From Emiliania huxleyi CCMP1516 (lineage: Eukaryota): a stretch of 64,000 nt of DNA. The translations under genes were made by a program, and so were the position numbers. Numbering within the stretch: position 1 is the stretch's first letter; each line of letters opens with the position of its first letter. Below, in pieces: positions 35,332-46,081 of the stretch. Under the pieces are notes generated by a model that worked only from the letters and a program-made list of their open reading frames with translations, did no database searches and was not told where the DNA came from. Where the stretch lies: contig NW_005202428.1 in the NCBI RefSeq assembly GCF_000372725.1, positions 1,659,331 to 1,723,330 on the forward strand. Direction: 5' to 3'.

Positions 35332-36000
35332 GTGAGTCTATCGGTAAGCGCGGGTTAGCGCGGGTTAGTGCTCACTAACCCGGCACGGGTCAGCACGGGT
35401 CAGAATGGGTTACCATAACCCGGCACTAACCCGGCACTAACCCGGCACTAACCCGGCACTAACCCAGCACTAACCCATGCGGCTGGGGGGCATACGTCAG
35501 CATGGGTTATGGTAACCCGAGACTGACCCGGCGCTAACCCGGGTTAGTCTCTCCCTCGGACGGCTTGGCTGCAGCTGCCCCTTGGTGCTCTCCGCGGCAA
35601 CGCCGTTATCGGTAAGTTGAGCGTGTAAGGAGTGAGTCTATCGCGTATCGGTAAGCGCGGGTTAGCGCGGGTTCCACACGGGTTAATCCACACTAACCCA
35701 GCACGGGTCAGCACGGGTTAGAACGGGTTACCATAACCCGACGCTTACCCGGCATCTAACCCGGCACTAACCCGGCACTAACCCGGCACTAACCCGAGAC
35801 TAACCCGGCGCTAACCCGCGCTGCTCGGGGGCATACGTTAGGATGGGTTAGTGCCGGGTTAGTGCCGGGTTAGTGCCGGGTTAGTGCCGGGTTACCCTCG
35901 GGTTATGGTAACCCGTTCCAACCCGTGCTGACCCCCGCTGGGTTAGTGTGGCTTAACCCGTGTGGAACCCGCGCTAACCCGCGCTTACCGATAGACTCAC
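35332..36000. mobile_element. Non-autonomous foldback element with ACTAACCCGGC arrays
   Basis: 35-bp perfect terminal inverted repeat GTGAGTCTATCGGTAAGCGCGGGTTAGCGCGGGTT; AGAGGA on both flanks; second left end at 35632. Confidence 0.85.
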
Positions 36001-36113
36001 AGAGGATGAAGCCTTGTCAGGAGCAGGAGAACTAGGAGAGCGCAACCAGTAGGAGGGAGAACGGGAGGACCACGCAAAAGAATTTCCCTTCCGTGTGAGG
36101 AGAGCGACGCGAC

Positions 36114-36230
36114 TAGCGCATCACACACCTCTCCTTAAAATCCCTGTGTGGTGGCGGCGTGCCGTCCTCCCATCCCTCCCTTGGTATGTCTGTTTTCTAA
36201 TTTGGTCGGTCTGCTTTCTTTCTTTCTTTT
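36114..36230 (+). mobile_element. 5'-truncated (TTTC)n-tailed retroposon
   Basis: 13-bp duplication AGAGCGACGCGAC at 36101-36113 and 36231-36243. Confidence 0.9.
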
Positions 36231-36261
36231 AGAGCGACGCGACAGAGGAGGAAGCGACAGG

Positions 36262-36793
36262 GGATACCCATCACTGAGCCGACGATGCTATGGGTAGCCC
36301 CAGGGTGGCGCCCACCCCCATACCCTCAGGCACTTGCCTGCGCCCTGGCCGCGCACGCCGCGCACGCGCGCGCACGCCCGCGCACGCCGCGCACGCGCGC
36401 GCACGCCCGCGCACGTGCGCGCACGCGGCACTACGCCCGCGCACGTGCGCGCACGTGCGCGCACGTCGCGCACGCCCCGCGCACGCCCGCGCACGCCCGC
36501 GCACGCCCGCGCACGCCCGCGCACGTCCGCGCACGTCCGCGCACGTGCGCGCACGCCGCACTACGCGGCACTGCCCAGGTTCCCTCACGCTCAGATTCCC
36601 TCACACTCAGATTCCCTCACGCTCAGATTCCGTGCAAGGGGGTGCCGAGGTATGCCACAGGCCGGGATGGAGTGAGATCTTGCGGGGCAGGGCGTGGGCT
36701 AGTGCGCGAGGGCGCAGGCAAGTGCCCGAGGGCATGGGGGTGGGCGCCACCCTGGGGCTACCCGTAGCATTGTCGGCTCAGTGATGGGTATCC
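36262..36793. mobile_element. MITE with 85-bp terminal inverted repeats and internal GCACGYSCGC and CAGATTCCCTCACRCT tandem repeats
   Basis: 36262-36346 and 36709-36793 are inverted copies (4 mismatches by eye); AGG on both flanks; interrupts a retroposon copy. Confidence 0.9.
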
Positions 36794-36952
36794 AGGAGAG
36801 AGAACGACGAGAGTGGGACGATCGCGAGGTGGCATGAAAGGTTGCAGAATCGGCGAGGGACTGCGAAGCGAGATAGGAACGAGGCAGACGCCCAAGCGCC
36901 AAGGGTGGGCGACGGCTAGCACCACACTCCTCTCCTTAAAATCCCTGTGTGG
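36794..36952 (+). mobile_element. Diverged retroposon copy lacking its tail; 5' part at about 36244-36261, left of the MITE
   Basis: Aligns with the reverse complement of 29165-29335. Confidence 0.8.
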
Positions 36953-37478
36953 GTTCGGCTCCGTCGGGCGTCGCCCAATCGAGCCTGCCAAAACCCAAAA
37001 ACCGCGATGAATCGGCTGCGAAATGAGGCGTAAAATCAAGGGCCCGGAGGGTCTGACCACGAGTCTCTGCACTCTGGGGGGTCCTCGGCCATGACCCCCT
37101 CCCCAGCATGTGGTGAAGGCGCTGGGGGGGGTCGGGACCCCCCCCTAGCATGTGGTGAAGCCTCTTCGGACCCCCCCCTAGCATGTGGTGTGAGCAGAAG
37201 TTGGCGCCCCCCTCCCTGGAAGCGATGTGCGCCTGCTCCATCCCTCCCCTAGTCCCTCCCCTGGAGCACTTGGAGCTTGTCTGTTTTTTTTCTTGCACGG
37301 GATACCTGCCTACCTACGTACGGGACTGGCGCGCACTGGCACTAACACAGGTACACCAACGGGAGCCGCCTCGAAAAGAATTTCCTGGGGCGTGCTCTTC
37401 CATCCAAAATCCTGGCTGTGCAGGTGGGTGGGGGGCGGGGGAGGAGGGGGGGTGGGGGTGGGGGGGGGCTGTCGCCTG

Positions 37479-37585
37479 TCCTCCTCCCATCCCTCGTTTG
37501 GGTTGTCTGTTTTATTTCCTTTCCGTTCCTGCGTGCTCTCCCATCCTCCCTTCGTTGGTCTCTGTTCTTTCTTTCTACTTTTTAC
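37479..37585 (+). mobile_element. Two degenerate retroposon 3' tails
   Basis: TCCCATCCCTCGTTTGGGTTGTCTGTTTT and TCCCATCCTCCCTTCGTTGGTCTCTGTTCTTTCTTTC. Confidence 0.6.
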
Positions 37586-38327
37586 ACGGGGCCCCAGACA
37601 CGAACACAATTAGAGCGACACGAACACAGTTAGAGTTGTTTGGTATTGAGCTCCCGCCGATCTCGCGCTAACGGATCTTACCCCACCTGTAACCTCTCTT
37701 TTAGGTTTTTAGGTTCGTTGTTAGCAGAGCAAGGCACAGAGCTCACACAAATCACAGCGGGAGGAAAGCGGCGAGTCGCAATCCAGGGGTCGTTGTGGCG
37801 GGCCACCCTGTCCAGAAAGGCACAGGTGCCAATCTGGCGTCTCTCGACCGAGTCTATGTAACTATGAGCCCTGGCCGCCTCCCGGTGGTGGCAAGGTTGA
37901 GCAACCGAGAGGCAGAGATGGTGCGGGGGTACGGGTGTTCCAGGGGGTCACGACACGCACCGACCCTTCACGAACCGAAAGGCTGTGCCCGGGGAAGGCA
38001 CAGAAGGCACAGTAATCCGGCACGTGTTGGGCGCCCCATGTTCCGTTTGGCGGCTAGGTCGGCTCAGGGCCCCGTCCACTTCCCTCCCACTTGGCGCGTG
38101 ATGTTGAAGAGATGCGGGCCGGGCCAGGCAGCCAGGGCGGGGATAGGGGGGCGCGGGCGGAGGGCGGGATGGGCCGGCAAGCGGGACGGGGCGGAAGTTG
38201 GCATGGGCGGGCGCGGTGGGTGGTTCGGTAGGGCGGGGGGGGAGGGCGAGCGGTGGAGTAGGGGGGCGGTGGAGGCGAGGGGCGGCGAAGGTATTGTAAA
38301 AATCTCTCTCTCAGACACGGACCGTGT

Positions 38328-39356
38328 TTGGAGGGAGGAACGCGACACACGGACCGCGGAGGTCTAGGCTCTGGCTTCGTCCGTTTTGCCTGGGTCAACC
38401 CGAGCGAGCTGCTGCCAGGCGACGAGCATTTGCTCGCGGGCGGCACCGCCCACCCCCTCGATGCCGGAGGCTTTGTCTACGTCTATGACGAGACAGAGTC
38501 TGGCGAAAAAAGCTTGCTTTACGCAGTGCAAGGGGCTGCCCCGGCCAAAGTGCGGCAGAAGCAACCGTTCCCCTTGGAAACCAATATCGGCGAGCACGGC
38601 TCCTTGAGCTCGCCACCAGGCAGCAGGCACGGCTCCTTGAGCTCGCCACCAGGCAGCAGGCACGGCTCCTTGAGCTCGCCACCAGGCAGCAGGCACGGCT
38701 CCTTGAGCTCGCCACCAGGCAGCAAGCACAGCTCCTTGAGCTCGCCACCAGGCAGTGGTTTGCTTGCACGCCGCATGGATCCATCGAAAAATTTGGCCGG
38801 AGCGCACAAGCAGCTGATGCAAGCCATCGGCAAGGTTATTAGAGCAGTCACGGTGTCGCGCCTACTGACTGAGAGCCCCGACGTCGCGCTCAGCACCGCA
38901 CGGCGTCCGAGCGATGTCACGAAGGCATTCCGGGTCCAGGAGGCGCGCTGCCTGCTCGACAGCGACCGTGACCGCTTGCTGGCGGCGGTCGACGCGGCTT
39001 ACGGCGATACTGCTCCGTTTGATGAGGTCCGTGCGCCGTGCCCCATGCTGTCGCGGTGTCATTCCCTAGACTGAAATCCTAGTCCAACACCAACACCAAC
39101 ACCAACCACAATGCTCCCCGCGCAGGCCGTGCAATCTTTGATAGATGACACGAGCAGCAATCGCTTCGACTACTCGATCGAAGAGCCGTCGCCGCTGCGT
39201 CGAACTGCGCGCAGGGTCTTGTCTTTCGCGCAGTCATTGCCATCTCCCGGCGTGCCAATGCGGAAGTGGTTCTCCACGAGGCTCCCATCCGTTCGTCCTT
39301 CAGGGCCGCTGTCAGGGGAGTCCAGGGGGTCGAATGAGGGGTCCAGACTAATATGA
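38328..39356 (+). CDS. Hypothetical gene or 3' gene fragment with five 11-aa repeats (HGSLSSPPGSR)
   Basis: 33-bp tandem repeat at about 38594-38756; FRVQEARC..DSDRDRLLAAVDAAYG..F.E segment; no clear start. Confidence 0.5.
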
Positions 39357-40188
39357 CCCCCGCGAGCCAATGTTTTTTTTATAGCTCTAGTCTTAGAAAT
39401 TTCAGTTAGATTTTTTTGTCGCACGACACTGTGTGTCGCTTGCGCTTGTCGTCGTCTTCTATCTCGCGTCTCCTTCCTGCTTCCACCCCGCATATACCGC
39501 GTTCGTCAGGGGCGGGGAACCCGCAATTTGAGATGCTGAGGGCATTTTGAGTTGCAAAAAATCAATTCAGATTGCATTTTTCAACTCAGAATGCCGAGTT
39601 GACTTTTCGCATTTCAAGATGCACACCGCATTCCAAAGATGGTCCACGCATTCCAGGATGCGTCGACCATCCTGGAATGCGAACTGCATTCGTGAATGCG
39701 CTAGCATCTGGAGTTACCCCTTTGCATTCTAGGATGCTCCTTGCTATTTCAAGTTGCCTTCCTCAACCTGAGATGCCCAGCATACCATTTTGGCCAATGC
39801 CGCATGTCGGCGGGGCATCGGTAGGCTGCGGCTCGGCCTGCGCCTCGGCAGTCGTTGCCGCTGCGCAGCTGGATATGGTGGCGCACGTGGCGTGGCCTGT
39901 CGTTTGCATGTTTTGCAGCCCATAACCGCACGAATTGTGCATGACCCTCAGCAATCCGTGTTCGATCGGCAACGCCCGTGCCGCTGCTCTGTGTCTCGTT
40001 AGAATCAGGCATGGAGAGAGAGAGAGTTGTTCTTTGGGAGAGAGAGAGAGATGTTTGTTCTTTGGTGTCGTGTGAAAGAGTTTTGCTGTCATCTCTCCCT
40101 TCTCGACTGTCTGTCTTGTGCGTCTTGGGTCCGCGGTTGTGTTTTGCATCAGCGTGCGAAACTCCGAAAATTCTTTTCGCGCGGGAGT

Positions 40189-40283
40189 AAAGAAAGAAAG
40201 AAAACAGCCCCCCCCAGTGAGGGTTCGCGCGGGAGTAAAAGAAAGAAAGAAAGAAAACAGACACGCCAAACGAGGGATGGGAC
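40189..40283 (-). mobile_element. Two micro-insertions of retroposon tails in the ispE promoter or 5' UTR
   Basis: TCGCGCGGGAGT at 40177, 40225 and 40284, separated by 36- and 47-bp (AAAG)n-AAAACAG inserts. Confidence 0.8.
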
Positions 40284-40326
40284 TCGCGCGGGAGTCTGGC
40301 GGGGTGAAAATTCTTTTTAGATTACC

Positions 40327-41371
40327 ATGTGGGGGTGGTCGCTCCTCGTCTCGCTGGCGCCACCGTCGGCGCTGTCGCGGCTCCCAGCTGCGACGCCGAG
40401 ATACTTGCGCGCACCTGGCGTGCGCCTTTCGCTCGACGCCTCCGCGCTGAGCGCAGTGGGTGAGGTGGAGGACGCTGCGCCCGCACCCGACCTGCGCCTC
40501 GTCGCACCCGCAAAGGTGAACCTCTTCCTGCGCGTGGTGGGCAAGCGGCCGGACGGATTCCACGAACTGGCATCGCTGTTTCAGACCGTCTCGCTCTTCG
40601 ACGACCTCGACTTTTGGACCTCGCCGCGCGAGGAGGGCGCGCCGCTCGCGTCGCTCGAGGTGACGCCTGACTCGCTCGGCGCTGAGCTGATCCCGACGGA
40701 CGAGAGCAACCTGGTCGTGCGCGCGCTCAGCCTCTACGCGGAGCGAGTGCCGTCGTCGCCCGCCATCCACTGCCGGCTGCACAAGCGCATACCCGCGCAG
40801 GGCGGCCTCGGCGGCGGCTCTTCGGACGCGGCGACCGCTCTGCACGCGGCCAACCGGCTCGCGGGCCTGCCAGTCTCGCAGGAGACGCTGATTGAGTGGG
40901 CGGGCGAGCTCGGCTCCGACTGCGGCTTCTTCCTCTCCGCTGGCACCGCCTACTGCACCGGCCGCGGCGAGCTCGTCGACCCGCGCAGACCGCTGCCGCC
41001 GACGGTGTGTCTCTCGCGCCCTCTGCCCCCTCACCCTCTCCCGCCCCCTCTGGGGCGGCCGCGGTGGCGCTGACCCTCTGCCCGGACCTGGAGCGGCAGG
41101 CGTGCTACCTCATCAAGCCCGCGGCCGGCCTATCCACACCCTCCGTCTTCAAGGCGCCACTCGCACGGCTCGTAGCACTCGCCGCCCGGCTCTCTGCGCC
41201 TTGCGTCCCCCGCCGCGGCCCTCGCCTCGAGAGTGCAGCTTGGCGGAGGCCGGGCCACCTTCACACTCGCTCACTGCTGCCGCCGCCGCCGCCGCTAGGC
41301 GCTCGGCCTCGAGCCCGGCGAGGCCGGTCCCGCGGGTGCAGACCCCGCAGACCTCCTCTCGCGTTTCGAGG

Positions 41372-41410
<39 letters not shown>

Positions 41411-42014
41411 TAGCCTGAGGGTTCGCCGCGCGTCCTCCCCCCAGGGGGGTGACGTGTACAATCCAGATCTGTACGTCAACGACCGGGAGCCACCCGCCTT
41501 TGAGCTGATGCCCGAGCTGAGGCAGATGTGCGACGACCTCCGCAAGTTTGGCTTCCAGGCGGTGATGATGTCCGGCTCCGGCACCACCTGCTTCGCCATC
41601 GGCATGCCTCTCGAGGAGGTGCGCAAAGGGGGGGGGGGGGGGGTCGCCCTCGCCATCTCTCGGGCGCCGTCCGTGAGGGTGGAGCCACGCATAGAATACA
41701 ACAGCAGTCGGAAGTGGGCTCGAGGCACACACACGGACACGGACATGAGAGCCATGTATGGTAAGGTAGCAGAGCACAGCATGCCACAGCTGCAGGGAGG
41801 CGCAGCATACCACAGCTGGTGTCCGCGTGGCGCGTCCCCGCAGGTGCAGGAGACGTGGGTGGACGAGCTGCAGGCAAAGTACGACGTCGAGGTCTTCGAG
41901 GAGATGTTTTGCCGCCGGATCGCGGACGAGCCCTCACTCTGGTACACCGAGCAGCCGCCCGGCGCGGTGCTGACCAACATTGAGGAGCCCGAGCGCGGCC
42001 TCTTCCCGCTCTGA
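40327..42014 (+). CDS. ispE: Plastid-targeted 4-diphosphocytidyl-2-C-methyl-D-erythritol kinase (MEP pathway), multi-exon
   Basis: APAKVNLFLRV..KRPDGFHELASLFQTVSL.D, KRIPAQGGLGGGSSDAAT, LGSDC.FF, STPSVF, VND.EPPAF, MMSGSG. Confidence 0.95.
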
Positions 42015-42061
42015 TCACCCGGCACACCCCGCCGCGCACATTCGGATAAAAATCGTATTGT

Positions 42062-43230
42062 AAATAAATAAATAAATAAAAACGGTCAAACTCTGAGACG
42101 AGATGGGATTTAGGGACATGTGTCCCCGCCCTGCACGATCTTGGTGACTGTGAGGGATCTTCAATCCGTCCCCTCACCCCCCCTGGTCACTACCCGACAC
42201 TAGAAGAGCGGCAAGAGTTGGGGCTGCGGCTACGGCTGCGGCTATGAGAGGGGCCGGGGTCGCGGGAGAGCCGCTGGGCCGCGTGGGCGCGCCTACACCG
42301 CTCTTGCTCCGCTCGCCACCTCTCGCAAACGTCCAAAGTCATAGCCATCACCTCCTCCGGCAAGTCCTTTTCGCCTATCTTGCCGTCCCTCCATGCCTGG
42401 TAGAGCTCGTCGTCATAGCCATATTGCATCACAGCCTGCTGCACTGCGTCGTGCACAACCCCTGCCACCCTATCCCGCGCCTCAGCGTCGGAAAATTCGA
42501 GCTCGGAGTCATACCCGGAAGCAGGCGCAGACGGCCGCGGCGATTTGGCAGGCGGCGAGGTGGGGGAGGGAGAGCGCGGCGGTGCGCGCTCGTGGCTCCC
42601 GCTGGTGCCAGAAGGGCCAGCGCCCAATGCGCTCAGCCTGTTCTTGTCCACCACCTTGGGAGAAGGGGGTGGGGGTCCACCTCCCTTGGGTGCGGGCTTG
42701 CGGTGTTCCTGCTTCCGCTTGCCCGACTTTGGCGGGTTGCGGCCGAAGTTCTTCATGGTGAACCTGTCCGGCTTGCCGCCCTTCCCGACCCTCGTCCACC
42801 CCTCGGGCGACTCGTTGGGCCGGGGTTGCTGCGCCTGTTGGTGCTGCGAGTGTGCCTGCGATGCTGCGGCCGGAGCGGCAGCGGCGGCAGGCGGTGCCAC
42901 GGGCGGTGCGGCGAAAGTGGCGGTAGGCTGAGGCTGCGCAGCGTCCTGCGCGGCCCGCTGCCTGGCCTCATCCTCCCGCCTCTTCTCAGACTTGGCCTGG
43001 ATGATGTACTGATACCCAAGCGGCACCGGGTTGATGCTGACGGAGTGCCAACCGTACCTCTCCATGCGCTCCGCGAGACAATCAATCATCGCGTGGTCGC
43101 GTGGCGACACCTTCTGGCCGAGGACGCGCTCGACCATCCGGATCTGACGCACGTGGAACGGCTCCAGGCCCGGCATGGAAGCCTCGGAGTCGGACATGGC
43201 CCCGTTTCGCCGTTTTCAAAGAGGTCGTGC
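42062..43230 (-). mobile_element. 1169-bp single-ORF retroposon with (TTTA)n tail
   Basis: 13-bp duplication AAAATCGTATTGT at 42049-42061 and 43231-43243; tail at 42062-42082; related fragment at about 60127-60216. Confidence 0.88.
42190..43197 (-). CDS. 335-aa intronless ORF of the retroposon, function unknown (possibly ORF1/Gag-like)
   Basis: Intact ATG-TAG frame filling the element; no RT (YxDD), endonuclease or CCHC motif visible. Confidence 0.7.
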   Translation of the reverse strand: MSDSEASMPGLEPFHVRQIRMVERVLGQKVSPRDHAMIDCLAERMERYGWHSVSINPVPLGYQYIIQAKSEKRREDEARQRAAQDAAQPQPTATFAAPPVAPPAAAAAPAAASQAHSQHQQAQQPRPNESPEGWTRVGKGGKPDRFTMKNFGRNPPKSGKRKQEHRKPAPKGGGPPPPSPKVVDKNRLSALGAGPSGTSGSHERAPPRSPSPTSPPAKSPRPSAPASGYDSELEFSDAEARDRVAGVVHDAVQQAVMQYGYDDELYQAWRDGKIGEKDLPEEVMAMTLDVCERWRAEQERCRRAHAAQRLSRDPGPSHSRSRSRSPNSCRSSSVG

Positions 43231-44254
43231 AAAATCGTATTGTCTATTTGATGACTAGTTGCAATTACGGGTGCTGTCATAATGACCACTTTTGATGTTT
43301 TTTTGTCCGTGTTGCTCCCAGCGCCCTCGCCCGCGCTCCCTGAGGCCATGGCTGGTGCTACTAGTATGGGGGGCTACCTGGCTACCGCGAGAGCGACCCA
43401 ACTCGCCGACATCGTCCGATGATGGTGCCTCAAAGTCAGCCTCCGGAGGCTATCGTTGCGTCGAGCCGGCGGTGGCCGTGACATGTGGTTCCACCACCCC
43501 TCGCAGGCTTTGCCTCTGACCGCCACCGTTCCCAGGCTGCCTAATGGGATGGAAAGGAAGGCTCGGCGAGCGTATAGAAGCGTGCTCGACCTCGTCGTGG
43601 CAGCCTGCACGGCAGCGCTGGCAGGCGCGATGAGCGTCGTGCCACCTGACCCGAGACGGGTCGCAGGCGTCGTACCGAGCGCGTCGAGACCGTGTCCTGA
43701 TGTGATCTGCACGGGTAAATCACGTCGGGGTCAAAGGAGCGACGTGCGACCGGTCAGAGGTTGATCTCCGATCTCAGCGACGTCGAGTCGCCTTCGGTGG
43801 CGACAGCTAGGATGCATCTCCTCCGTCGTTTTTCGCGCGATGGCCCTGAGAAGCTGGCGGTGCACGCAGGCGGACCTTCCTGGAAATAGAGGCGACAACC
43901 TGGAGCGGCAGCGTGGTTTCTCATCGTGCTGACACGTTATTTACTCTCTAGACTCTACCTACCTCTACTTGTACCAGGCACTGCGGCTCGCTAACGTATG
44001 CACATATCCACATGCAGCGAGAGAGGGGAGGCTATACACATTTCACATACAACGACCCAGTTGCGTCAGGAAACTAGCGATGGATCAGACATCCCAAGCA
44101 AGCCATGTCCATGTGTAACTTTACGCGCATCCGCAGCATTGCCAGTGCGCGAGAGCCGAGGCTAGGAGCGCCGCTGTGCGCCGCCTCCTTGCCCCGACTC
44201 TAGCTGCGCGCGGCCGGCGGCCCTTGTCGACCCCGCTGTCCAGATAATCGCTCG

Positions 44255-45458
44255 TCAGCGGCGCTTCTTCGCGCTGCTGCCCACCCTTGTGGCGCCAGGC
44301 TGCGCCGCGCCCTTCGCCTTGCCTGGCGCCGAACCACCTCGCTCGCCACGCTCGCGCAGGATGCGCGCCTGCTTCTGCTCGAGCGTCTCGCTCTTGGCCG
44401 TCTCCGGCTTCCGCCCGCGCTTCGTCCATGCTTCCACACTGAGCCAGCAAGTCATGCCAAGAAGCGCGCGGAGGCACCACTTGGTCAGGTCGTTGAACTG
44501 CAGCAGCAGCGGCCGCACCTCGGTCGCGTAGACGCGGTGGTCGTGGTTGCGGTTCACTTCAAACTCTGTTGTCGCGCTGTAGAAGCTCTCGTCCAGCTGG
44601 TACGCCTCGAGCACCAAGCTCAGCCTCGAGCGCTCGCCCCCGCCGCCGCCGCCGCCGTGCCCGCTCCCGCCGCCGCCCTCGCCGCCGCCCCCGCCGCCGC
44701 CTTCGCGCAGCCGCCAGCTGTCGACGAGGTGGTACGAGTCGCCTCGGAAGACGGCCAGCATGCCCTCCTCGGGAGAGACGCTCCCCTCCGGGGCGGCAAG
44801 CTCTGCCGCCGACTCGGGCTTGTTGGAGTACGACCAGAGCTTGAGTTGGCCGCCCTCCATCCCGTCCGGCACCGTGACGTAGAGGACAGAGACGGAGTGC
44901 GCGAGGAAGAGGCGTACCTTTGGGGGGAGCGGCGTGTCAGAGGCCAGCGCCTGGGGTTCCCCTGGGCGCTGCGAGGCGGGGCCGCGCCGAGTCGATCCCG
45001 ACAGTGTTGTCCACGTGGAGGCCCACCGCAGGGTCGCGGGCCTCGTCGGCACTGCCGCCCGCAGGGACGACGAGCGCGTTGAGGACAAAGGCGTTGGCCG
45101 CGGGGTCGCGGAAAGTCTCGAAGAACGGCGAGAGGAAGGAGTACGTGCCGTTCATAAAGTCAGGGTCGCGGAGCTTCGCGGCGCCTTGCGTGTTGAATTT
45201 CAACACAAATCCGCGGGTGTTGGCGAAGCCCCGGCCGAGGTATTGCCCCTCCAGCGACGGCAGCGCGGCCTCGAGGTGGCTCCTGAGGCTGCTCAGCTGG
45301 TGCTCGCTCATCGCATGCTTCTTCAGCGTCACCAACTCCTGCGCCGGCGTAACGGACCGCACGGCGACGCCGGTCATGTGCTTGCTGTACTGGCGGCCGC
45401 CAAAGATGAGGCAGACGGCGAGTATGGGCCACTTGTCCTTGACGAATGCCAGGAGCAT
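44255..45458 (-). CDS. 2OG-Fe(II) dioxygenase (prolyl-hydroxylase-like) with N- and C-terminal hydrophobic segments
   Basis: VGLHVD (HxD), VSVLYV.VP..MEGGQL, FRGDSYH.V, RLSLVLE; one intron at about 44900-44975. Confidence 0.85.
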
Positions 45459-45832
45459 GGCCCAGAAGGGAAGTCGGCGCGAACTCACCACCGAGTCCGC
45501 CGCGTGGTTTGGGCCGTCGGAGCCAGTTCAGCAGGAGCTTGTGGTGGCGGGCACTAACCTCCGGTGGTTGCGCCGCGTGGTTTGGGCCGTCGGAGCCAGA
45601 GAGAACCGCGTTTTTCTTTTTTCGCCGGCTCCAGTAGCTTCGATCGACACCTCTGGTCGTCCTGGACCGCCTCGCTAACGCTCAATAGTCTAGCGAAGGC
45701 CTGATGTCCAGTTCCGCCGTCCTGAGCCTCCATCCACCCATCACCGCGCTTAGCAACCCCCGTCAGCAGTCCGCCCGCCTCTGGGTAGGTATGTCGGTAC
45801 ACGCAACACGGTACTCGAGTACTCGAGTCGTG

Positions 45833-45839
<7 letters not shown>

Positions 45840-45907
<68 letters not shown>

Positions 45908-45929
45908 TACAGAGAGAGAGAGAGAGAGA
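45840..45929. repeat. (GA)n microsatellite in a divergent promoter region
   Basis: Direct observation. Confidence 0.95.
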
Positions 45930-46081
45930 AGGAAAACCTGTGTGTTAATGGACCAGATGTTATCATCATAACTTTGGGGTGGTCCGTCCGTCCGCTAATT
46001 GAAAACAAATTGAAACGTTTGGATGGGGATTCCTTACCGGACGGACCACCGACCCAGAGGCCGGAGTCGGCGGCGGGATCG

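Noticed and set aside
35420..35900. True telomere or interstitial (TTAGGG)n tract
   Set aside because: The unit is an 11-mer arranged as inverted arms within TIRs, not tandem TTAGGG
37640..38330. Possible LTR or LINE fragment
   Set aside because: No partner repeat in the window and no protein motif recognised
40177..40295. CRISPR-like repeat-spacer pattern
   Set aside because: Repeats are only 12 bp, the inserts are retroposon tails, the context is eukaryotic and no cas genes are present
41370..41444. Possible GG-AG intron in ispE
   Set aside because: Alternative GC donor with TAG or GAG acceptors keeps the frame; undecidable without transcripts
43260..44120. Short ORFs between the retroposon and the 2OG oxygenase
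   Set aside because: No recognisable motif or exon chain
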